A DNA stretch of 63,725 nt, filler included, from Octopus bimaculoides (lineage: Eukaryota): the NCBI RefSeq assembly GCF_001194135.2. It is 5 parts of 5 records of this genome, joined end to end, with 100 filler letters (N's around TTAATTAATTAA, not from the genome) between each part and the next. Parts side by side here need not be neighbours in the genome. Positions count along the whole stretch, not along the records: positions 1 to 20,381 come from NC_068991.1; 4 more parts are not named here. One strand, 5' to 3'. Both the position numbers and the translations under genes were made by a program. Every line of letters begins with the position of its first letter. The stretch's first letter is position 1. The notes under the pieces are model-generated. The model did no database searches, was not told the DNA's origin, and worked only from the letters and a program-made list of their open reading frames with translations. Below are positions 1-10,569 of this stretch, one piece after another.

Positions 1-37
<37 letters not shown>

Positions 38-164
38 GCACTTCATTTCCATCTACCAAATTTACTGACAAGGCTTTGGTTAACCTGAAGCTATAATAGA
101 AGACACTTGCCCAAGGTACCACACAGTGGGACTGAACCTGGATCCATGTAGTTGGGAGGCTTCA

Positions 165-794
165 GTTTTGTGTGTGTATGTGTGTGGTCAATAAAATTTT
201 CAGAATGGTTTATCACATAATGGTGATAGTCCAAACTGCTTAAATTACTGTAGGCTGCCCAAGAATCGCTATAAATAACTGAGCCAGGTTTGATATATGC
301 CTGGATCAGTGGAACCAGTCATGTTTTTTATTTATTAGAGTCTGAACAAAGCAATGCTTACTGGTTTACTGTATTCCACCAAACAACCAAACTTGGCTCA
401 GAATTCGACCCCTCCCATATTTTTGGCAGACAATTAAGGTCTCATCAATTTCGACCTTAATTGATTCTCTGCTAATTGGTTCCTGTTTGTGAAGCCACTT
501 TCCTGTTATTTCACAACAGCATGACCTCCGGTCTGCAGAAGATTTTGATGACAATTCCAGGTTTTCCATTACTGTGATATGACTGCAAAAAGGTGTAGAA
601 ATTTGTTTATGAAAAGGACAATTTTCCATGGACGAACGTGTGTATTATGAAGAAAGGACCCTTGAATAACCACAGAGCTGTCATATTTTAGATGTAGTGA
701 CAGTGTAACTCTTTCTGCATTGCCAGAGATGGTGGTCCTTTCTGTACATGCATTCACTCCGACATCGTGGACATATAACAGTAGTCAGTAGAAC
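165..794 (-). mobile_element. Merlin (IS1595/ISXO2-like) DDE transposase remnant, N-terminal to central part
   Basis: Minus-strand translations give CPRC..C....WQC, VEIDET...KYGRGRILSQVWLFGGI, and LIQAYIKPGSVIYSDSWAAYSNLSSLDYHHYVINHSENFID, all typical Merlin motifs; stops and frameshifts present. Confidence 0.85.
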
Positions 795-1081
795 NNNNNN
801 NNNNNNNNNNNNNNNNNNNNNNNNNNNNNNNNNNNNNNNNNNNNNNNNNNNNNNNNNNNNNNNNNNNNNNNNNNNNNNNNNNNNNNNNNNNNNNNNNNNN
901 NNNNNNNNNNNNNNNNNNNNNNNNNNNNNNNNNNNNNNNNNNNNNNNNNNNNNNNNNNNNNNNNNNNNNNNNNNNNNNNNNNNNNNNNNNNNNNNNNNNN
1001 NNNNNNNNNNNNNNNNNNNNNNNNNNNNNNNNNNNNNNNNNNNNNNNNNNNNNNNNNNNNNNNNNNNNNNNNNNNNNNNNN

Positions 1082-1861
1082 TTTTCTCACATAACATTTA
1101 AGATATTTTTTTTTTAAATAACTCCTTTGTGTGAGGAAAACTTTAATTCTCTAACCTACCCAGACAAAAATGAGTCTAATTTTGGAGGGAAAACATAAAT
1201 TAAAGTAATTATGTAATAAACCATTCTGAAAATTTCATTGACCACACATCTACACACAAAACATTGAACGTTTGTGAAGGGACATAAAAAAATGGATAAA
1301 AAGGCCAGGTATTCAGTCAAAATATTTACATCAATACCTGGCCAGATATTTATTTATTTCATCAGAGGAGGATAAAACCTTATTACTCCACAAATTTTTT
1401 CAAGAATCAGCCAAATTATATGTACCTCTCTAAGATATATATTTTTTAAATAGCTCCTTTGTATGAAGAAAACATTAATTCTCCAACCTCCCCAGACAAA
1501 AATGAAACTAATTTTGGAGGAAAAACTTAGATTAAGGTGATTTGTTTTCTTTTTTTTTTTTCTGAAATTCTGCAGCCTGGATTACTGATTTAAAGAGGTA
1601 TGGATTTGTTTTAATATTGTATTATACTTTTCTGTTGTTAAATGTTTTTTTTCTTCTTTTTCTTTCTTACTTTCTTACTTGTTTCAGTCATAGGACTATA
1701 TATAAGAGTCATTGACTACCCCGCTTGCGGCATATTTGGTCAGCTTAGTTCATTGCACATGAAAAACTGTGGGATCTTTCTGATTTGGCGGGTGCCACTT
1801 GTTAATAAAAAGTGGCGCCCGCCAAATCAGAAAGATCCGAAAATGATGTAATGGGGGTACC
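1082..1861 (+). mobile_element. Merlin transposase C-terminal remnant, 3' region and terminal inverted repeat
   Basis: NHSENFID..TQNIERL*RDIKKWIKRPGIQSKYLHQYLARYLF at ~1215-1350; direct repeat ~1100-1210 / ~1432-1540; end reads GGTACCCCC inward from 1861, matching the Merlin GGNRM terminus. Confidence 0.7.
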
Positions 1862-2325
1862 TGCATGATTCGCTAGGCCTCTTCAGAGATTTACAAAATT
1901 CAATACAAATATAAAATAATAATAAAGTAAAAATAAAAAATAAAAATGAAAATATAAAAATATAAGGCACATAAAAAAGCCTACAAACAGTTTATAAAAC
2001 CATATAAATAGTTATAAAAACTCCAATATACATGCCTCTGCATGTACACATAACCATACGTAGATATATATGGATACAAAAGCATAGATAGATGAGTACA
2101 TATGTGTGTCCAGATACACATACACAGATGGCTGTACAATGTGGCAATAAGAAAATGGAGGGGATCAAGAGGTGGTATTCATCAACTTTTAGACATTATA
2201 TTATGTCTATTTATTTATTTTCTTAAAAAAACAATTATAACAACATACATACATGTATAACATATTATGCATTGCATATATAAAAATACCAGTAATTATT
2301 AAAATATATAATGTAGAGCACAGAG

Positions 2326-2362
<37 letters not shown>

Positions 2363-2365
<3 letters not shown>

Positions 2366-3402
2366 TGGTTAGTGAGAGCTGTGCAAGCCATGTACAGGGA
2401 CGCTGTCAGTAAGGTGAGGGTTGGCAACGAGTACAGTGAAGAATTCCGGGTAGAGGTAGGGGTCCACCAAGGTTCAGTCCTCAGCCCCCTCCTATTTATC
2501 ATAGTCCTCCAGGCAATAACACAGGAATTCAAGACGGAATGCCCCTGGGAGCTCCTCTATGCTGATGACTTTGCCCTAATTGCTGAGTCACTATCAGAAC
2601 TAGAGCAGAAGTNNNNNNNNNNNNNNNNNNNNNNNNNNNNNNNNNNNNNNNNNNNNNNNNNNNNNNNNNNNNNNNNNNNNNNNNNNNNNNNNNNNNNNNN
2701 NNNNNNNNNNNNNNNNNNNNNNNNNNNNNNNNNNNNNNNNNNNNNNNNNNNNNNNNNNNNNNNNNNNNNNNNNNNNNNNNNNNNNNNNNNNNNNNNNNNN
2801 NNNNNNNNNNNNNNNNNNNNNNNNNNNNNNNNNNNNNNNNNNNNNNNNNNNNNNNNNNNNNNNNNNNNNNNNNNNNNNNNNNNNNNNNNNNNNNNNNNNN
2901 NNNNNNNNNNNNNNNNNNNNNNNNNNNNNNNNNNNNNNNNNNNNNNNNNNNNNNNNNNNNNNNNNNNNNNNNNNNNNNNNNNNNNNNNNNNNNNNNNNNN
3001 NNNNNNNNNNNNNNNNNNNNNNNNNNNNNNNNTTTGGCACACTCCAGGGAGAAAAACTAGAAGTAGTTGATAGCTTCCGCTACCTAGGTGACCAAGTTTG
3101 TAGTGGGGGAGGGTGCGCTGAAAGTGTAGCTGCTAGAATAAGAATAGCCTGGGCAAAGTTTAGAGAGCTCTTACCTCTGCTGGTGACAAAGGGCCTCTCA
3201 CTTAGAGTAAAAGGCAGACTGTATGACGCATGCATACGAATAGCCATGCTACATGGCAGTGAAACATGGGCCGTGACTGCTGAGGACATGTGTAAGCTCG
3301 CAAGAAATGAAGACAGTATGCTTCGATGGATGTGTAATGTCAGTGTGCATACTCGACAGAGTGTAAGTACCTTGAGAGAAAAGTTAGACCTAAAAAGCAT
3401 CA
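2363..3402 (+). mobile_element. RTE-clade LINE reverse transcriptase fragment (spans an N gap)
   Basis: GVHQGSVLSPLLF...ELLYADD before the gap; FRYLGD...KGRLYDAC...MLHGSETW...SMLRWMC after it. Confidence 0.9.
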
Positions 3403-4869
3403 GTTCTCTATGGCTGGTTACATAATTACAATATGTCCTGTACTCTCCGTAAACTGGTTGGTGTTAGGAAGAATATCAGGCCCCAAAAGATCATGCCAAA
3501 ATGAAACGTATGAGCAAGATGTGATTTCTGACCCATTTGAGAGACCAGTAGTACTGAATAAGAACTCTGGCTATATCAGCTCATCCAATGCATAGAGAAC
3601 ATATGGAAAATGATAATAATGATGTGTTTGCATATCACTGTCATCATTATTGTCATCGTCATCATTTAACATCCATTTTCCATGCTGGTATGGGTTGGAC
3701 GGTTTTGACAGGCTGGCAAGCTGGAGGATTGCAATAGGCTCCAGTTGTCTGTTTTGGCAAGGTTTCTATGGCTGGATGCCCTTCCAAACACCAAGCACTT
3801 TACAGAATATACAGGGTGCTCTATTACATTACACTGGCACAGGTGCTTTCCACATGGTGCTTTTCACATGGCACCAGCTTGCTTTATGTATAACAATTAA
3901 AAGAAAGAAGATATTGGTATCACACTTATTATCCAATTACACTTGTTTCAATAGTAGATAGGGTGGATGAATCATTTAACATTTAATATCATATGAAGTT
4001 GCATAGTCATTGTTTATATATGTTCCAATATGTTAAATTATTCAATTATCCCACTTATTATTGAAACAATTGTAACTGGATAATAAATATCTTAATTCTT
4101 TTATTTGTTTTATATTATACTCTATGACTGATGAACATTTCCTGGTTTTTCAGTTTGTGTGGAATACTTTGGATTAACTGGATTGTTTTCCCTTCTAACA
4201 CCTTGTTAATCTGGAGTTCACATGAGTGCTTAGTGAAGTAATCCCCTGGATATCACGAATCCCCTTTACAATACACACACACATACACACATATTATGAA
4301 GGCATCCATTTTCCATACTGGCATGGGTTGGATGGTTTGACAGGAGCTGGCAAACCAAAGGATTTCACCAAGCTACTTTAGCATGGTTTCTTCTTAACGG
4401 CAACCATTTTACAGAGTGTAACAAGTGTTTTTTTTGTGGAACCAGTGTCAGTGAGGTCACTAAGTAACTTGCAAGACAAGACCCTTTAATGACTGGGGAG
4501 CAGTATTAATGGAGGTAGCTTTGTGCCAGGTGGGATATGAGGTGAATATAAGTGGTACAGAGGATTGGACAAGGTGAGTGGACAGGTAAGTTCACAAGAG
4601 GGTAGAAGGCAGAATTGAGGGGAAAGCAGTGTGTGAACACAGATGGAGGGAGTGAGGTATTTGGAAGGTGAATTATAGAGGAGAGGTTCATCAGGGGCAG
4701 ATTGTGTGTAGAGTTTTCAAGAGGGTAAAAGGAGAGTGAGAATTAGAGGGAGGAGAATGAAGTGAATGGAGGAACATGGATAGAGGGTAGGGAATGTTAG
4801 GAAGATGAGATATGGGGTGAGAATGTGTGCAGAGGCATTGATATAAACGATATGCTGTTGGGCCTCAGT

Positions 4870-5495
4870 TTTACTTAAATGGCTGAGTTTTCTCAAGCAT
4901 AGCAAATCACCAATCATTTTGCTCCTTTATCATCTGCTCTACAAGGTTCAAATTCTGAAGGTAATTTTTTTCACCATTTTGTCCCAGGTCTTCTTCTTCT
5001 ACAGGTTCCATTCACATTTAGTGATTAGCACTTCTTTATGCAGCTGTCCTCATCTATATGCATTACATGTTCATACCAGTGCAGTCTTCCCTTGTGCACA
5101 TTACACCTGATGCCTCTTATGCTCATTCAAGGAAATCTACTTCCTGTGTATTCTTAGTGTTCATTGCACCTTAGCATGTACCACATATAAAGTCCACTTT
5201 CTCTGTTAACCTTCCTATGGTTCAACTGTACCTCTTATGTGTCCATAGTTTGTATTGTGTACACTGTATGAAATTTCTACCAACACCCTTTATACATATT
5301 GAGCAAGGCCATTTTCCCGAAGGAATTAGTAGTTTTATAAGTTTTTTTGCTTCCTAGAACTTTAGTCTTTGCTGAATTAACTCTGAAGCCTTTTGATTCC
5401 AGGTTTTGTTTCCACACCTGGAATTTCTTTTCTAATTCTACAATACATTCAGCCAGAAGAACAAGATCATTAGCATAAAGTTCTCCCTTCCCACT
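4870..5495 (-). mobile_element. Degraded RTE-clade LINE 3' fragment
   Basis: ELYANDLVLLAE..VELEKKFQVWKQNLESKGFRVN..KTKV and LHWYEHVMHIDEDSCIKKC...GTCRRRRP; same family as 2363-3402. Confidence 0.85.
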
Positions 5496-7243
5496 CAGGG
5501 TTTGTAGTCTTGCAGGTTGCATGGCAATATTACTAGTGCTGGTGGTATAAAAAAGACACCCAGTACACATTGTAAAATGATTGACATTAGGAAAGACATC
5601 CAGCCATAGACTTCATGCCAAAGTCTGGTGATCCACTGGTATTCTGATTGAAACCCAGTGTTTCTTTTTTAGAACACAAGTCTCTTTGAGAAGTTGTTCT
5701 GAGACAAAATATTACAGCCAGTACCATTCCATGTTAGCATATACATCACTAATGTTATGCACACTGGTATTGGTATTCTTTTTAATCTAATGCTCTTTCA
5801 AGTGTGTTACATGTGTGTATGTAAATCTAAGTGTAGTGTACTCATCTACTTCTTAAGTGGTACTTTGGCAGACCCTTGTTTCGGTTACTTTAAAAATTTC
5901 TTTTTAAATGTATTCCAACATTTCAGAATGTCTTTCATTGTGCAAAACTTCAAGCTTCAGATGGAAAAATCATTAAAAGAAAAGCAGCTGTAGCCTTTGC
6001 AGTTAGAAAACTCAAATTCTGAGTGTGGTGCTATGACTAGAACAACTAATAATAAAGAAATATAAATATTCTCTAAAATGTACATGTTGCAATGAGTAGG
6101 TGCACAAAGCTGGGATTGAACCTGTTAAGAGTAAAATTATAAATCTTCAGCTCTGCAGACTGTTAAATAGCTGAGACATTTTCACCATGTAATGTTGATT
6201 CATAAACCACTGTTTCTTGTTTGGTCTTAAGGTGAGTCTTGATTGAACAGGCCTATGCTAGATGCTGTTGTTCCAGCCTTGACAGTGTGTTCTTCCTTTT
6301 CTTAAAGATGACAGGATACTATTTGAAAGAGATTTAATATGATTTAACTGGGTAGAGGAACATGTAGAGGTTCCTTTATTGGATTGTAGTACCAGTAATT
6401 ATTGTGCAAAGTGAGTCAAAATACAGCTTAGTAAAGATTTCAGTCCCCCAAATTACTTTGTTGTAAATAGATCTAGATGTTTGCTAAACTTCTTTGGCAT
6501 AATCTTTCAAATAGGAATGACCGTTTCTTTCAAGGTTCACATTCAAAATACTTTCAAGCACAAGAGGATAAAAAATGTCCATGTAGCAGACTAATTTTGC
6601 TTTTAAAATTTAAGAAAAAAAAAAAGCTCCGTTTTAACCATCGTAGATGTGTTGCGATATGTAAAGATTATAGCAATCAAATTTTAGTTATATTTTCAGT
6701 GAGATGAAATATAAATTACCCCAGAATACAACTTCTATCATGAAAGGTATTTGTTAAACCTGGGTAGTTAACAAAATTCTAGGACAATATAAACAGAATA
6801 GCTTTTAATCCATTCCATCTTAAAGATTTCTCGAGCTCAATTTTTCAGCATTTGGTACTCATTGATAATAATGACAGCTCAAAACCCGCAGGAATCATGT
6901 TCTTTTGAGTAATCTTTGTTTCAGTTATTAGAAACTACATATACTTCTATTGGTATTACATCTAACTACTTTAGTGACCATATGTTTATAATCTCACCTG
7001 AGATCTTTATTCTATGTTCTTAGTTCTATAGTTCTAGCTAGAATAATGTCAATCATTTCATATTTACTCTATTTTCTGATTCAGTAATATAGGGTTTCTC
7101 AATGTGTGCTTGCATTTGACAGTAAATTTCCGGATTATTTTTTAAAAATATTAAAAAAATTTATAGTGGGAGGCTTTCTGTCTTGTCTATTATATTTTAC
7201 ACAGTTCCCTCTGGACAATTCATGACATTATCATGACTATTTT

Positions 7244-7634
7244 AAGGCGGCGTACTGGCAGAAACGTTAGCACGCTTAGCGGTATTTCATCTGTCTTTAT
7301 GTTCTGAGTTCAAATTCAGCCGAGGTCGACTTTGCCTTTCATATTTTCGGGGTCAATAAATTAAGTACCAGTTGTGTACTGAGGTCGATCTAATCGACTG
7401 TCACCTCCCACCAAAATTCGGGCCTTGTGCCTAGAGTAGAAAAGATTATCATGACTATTTTAAGGTGGCGAGTTGGCAGAATTGTTAGCACACCGGGCAA
7501 AGTGCTTAGAGGTATTTCGTCTGCCGCTACGTTCTGAGTTCAAATTCGATGAAATAAGTATCAGTTACGCACTGAGGATCGATATAATCCACTAGCCTCC
7601 TTTTCTCCCAAAATTTGTGCCTAGAGTAGAAATA
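7244..7634 (+). mobile_element. Two tandem tRNA-derived SINEs (family A)
   Basis: Head with A-box-like TGGCAGAA and B-box GTTCAAATTC, then core GACTTTGCCTTTCATCCTTTCGGGGTCGATAAA..AAGTACCAG (Meta-domain-like; partly deleted in the second copy). Confidence 0.85.
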
Positions 7635-9724
7635 ATTATCATGACTATTTTTCTAACACTTCCTAATTTTATTTATACTCGCATGGATTTACGACACATT
7701 CTATCTAATAGAAATAAATAATTATTTCCTTACAGGTTGTGAGCACCCTTTGATGTAAAGTTCTAAGTGAGATCACGTTTCCCAGTTGGGGTTAGTTCAT
7801 TTTATGTATTTGAGGAAAAATAAATGAATATAGCACAATTTTCTTCCTTACTCCTGTAAATCAGAGCCTGCTTCAGTAAGAAATCAATAATTATAATTAT
7901 TGTAATGCTTTATTGTATAAAGCAGTACGCACGCTATATTATTGTGACGCGAGATGAATTAAAATTCTTTTCCCAACGAAGGGTTATTTTCAAAATCTTA
8001 GATATTTCCTCATCTCATGATACACCAATACATTTAGATTGTCCCTTTTTAATGAACCGATTATTATTGACGCCCTTCTCCCCTTCCACCACAAGTACAT
8101 CCCCTATATATCGATTAATGGTTCTGGTTAAAGTTAAAATCATATGAAGCGATTAGCTATCAGTTTCGACTCGCACTTATAATTATTTCAAGTTTTTCAT
8201 ACTCATACTTCTTTAAGAAAATACTTGAAATTTAGACGAACCTAAGGTATAAACAAATAATATTGACTATTAAGCCATTTAAATGAGATCGATATCTTCA
8301 TTGAAGCCGAAAAGTGACAGGTTTTTGTTGTTGATTGAACCCGGAAGAAATATCAATGTTTGAAAATACGTAAATAAAATACATTTCTCCATCGAAGTGG
8401 GCCTTTATATTTAAAGCTTTTAAAACATTTAGAGAAAGGTGTGTTTTACACCTGAAAGTTAAGCTAAATAATAGGTTATCTCATACGGGATATTTAATAA
8501 GATAATTCACTTCGCCTGAATTGAGTCTAATTTAAGATATTGTAGTCCTGTGTAAAAAAAAAACAAACTAAAAGGCTTGAGAAAAGCAGGGCAAGATTGT
8601 TGATGCTCGTTTATATATATTTCTTAAAGCAAAGCGTGAGGGAATTGGTTTTCAATGATTGGAATCAAATTATATTAAAAAAATGTGAACATTTATTATC
8701 ATTAGCTTACACACATACAATAAATACATCACAAAATTTAATTTTCATTAATAAAAATCCCAACATGGCGTCGTATATTTCGTTTCATTAAGTAATTACT
8801 TTTTATTATTCATTATATCCTTGCATTTGTGTGTGATTGGAATTATAGTCGATTATCAATCACGACGAAATGATATACTGAATATAATACATTTAGCATT
8901 GTTAAAAAAAAAAACAATACAGTTTATAGATACTCTTCTGTATTCTGAAAATATGAAACAGGATGTATAAAAAATGCTAGTTTTAAAATAGTGAAAATTT
9001 CTTTTAAGTATTTCAAAATAATTACGTGAAAATATTTTCAATGTAAAAAAAAATCACAGCACTGATTTAAAAATCGAAATATTTATAAATGCAACGCTGT
9101 TTTTGTAACATTATTGCTAAATGCCTGTTATTTTATCGATTAAGTAGATGGTATATTTACATCAAAAAGAAACTAGGGAAGGGTATTTATTGCATGGTAA
9201 AATATTGAATTGAGGAATTTAAATATCTTGTTAACAAAAGAACAGAAAAAAAAACCCATTTTAATTAAGCATAGGAAAATTGCTCCCTCAATAACGGATA
9301 GAGGATCTCAGAACGGGTAATAAAATATTTGCAGAAAAATTTAGAGGATTTTTATAACAGCCGGAAACATTACGTCACTGTTTGAAGGTGATTATAAATA
9401 TCGGCCATCGTCTACTGAAACGAATAAAGCTTTAATAGTTAAAATAATTTAATTGTGGAATATTTAATTCTTTGTTTTTTTTATAATTAACAACCGTTCT
9501 AACATTTCTTTAAACATATTATTACGGCTTTTAGATATAATAAATGACGTATTCAGATAATTTTTTTACTGTATACAATGCACATTCTGTAGGGGTAGTA
9601 TGTATGGTCTGTGGAAATTTATTCATTAATACTACTAGTATTTATTTCATCAAGAAATCAATTAGCTTCTAACAGAAGCGACATTCTACATACTCTGCAC
9701 CTGTTTGTTTTGTTCGTCACTTCA

Positions 9725-9765
<41 letters not shown>

Positions 9766-9775
9766 NNNNNNNNNN

Positions 9776-9812
<37 letters not shown>

Positions 9813-10189
9813 ATATGTATGTGTGGTACACACACATTATAAATATTAAATATAAAAATATATATGTATATGCACATTATATACATAAATGCATGTTTAT
9901 CAATACACATTACATAAATATATACATTATACATATATAATACATATATACCTCACTATTTACACACTTACAATACACCCCCTTTATGTATACATGTTCT
10001 GTATTAGAAAATTGGTATTTTGATTCGTCTTGGAAAACTTTTTCCTAATTTTTTAAACTTTAAAATATTGTTGTGAGAGTGATCAATTCTAAATCGAATA
10101 AAAGAAAGAAAAAAACAAAACCTATTCAATAATCATTATTTTGCTTTCATTTTCTATGTTGAGTTCTTGATCATAAGGCTTCCACCAAA

Positions 10190-10427
10190 TCAAGTGACGT
10201 TCCAGGCGGACTTAATTTTTTAATGTAACCCTTTGCCGTAATATATATCTGCGCATGTTCAAATTTCTCGCCCGCCATTTGCGTAGAAGCTTCAAGGCAG
10301 ATTGCGAACGTGATTCAAAAATTTTAAATTCAGCCAATTATTTGGTTGAATTTCCCATCCCTAACAAAAAAAATCTCTTGTTTTTGGATACATCTCTATT
10401 TCAAACCTGGAGAACCTAGAACCAATT
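10190..10427 (+). promoter_or_regulatory. Putative core promoter/5' UTR of the hnRNP U-like gene
   Basis: CpG-retaining sequence just upstream of the ATG, with CRE-like TGACGT (10195-10200), NRF1-like TGCGCATG (10250-10257) and YY1-like CCGCCATTTG (10272-10281); TSS not determinable. Confidence 0.5.
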
Positions 10428-10569
10428 ATGAGTGATATTGATCCAAATAAGCTGAAAGTCGCCGAATTGCGCGAGGAACTCAAAACTCGTGGCCTGGATA
10501 CTAAAGGTACGAAGGCAGTTTTAGTTAAACGGTTACAGCAAGCTTTCAATAAAGAACAAGGCATTACTG
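10428..10569 (+). CDS. HNRNPUL1: hnRNP U-like protein exon 1 (ATG, SAP domain)
   Basis: MSDIDPNKLKVAELREELKTRGLDTKGTKAVLVKRLQQAFNKEQGIT matches the SAP motif of the hnRNP U/UL1 family; donor G|GTAAGT at 10570; ends phase 1. Confidence 0.93.
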
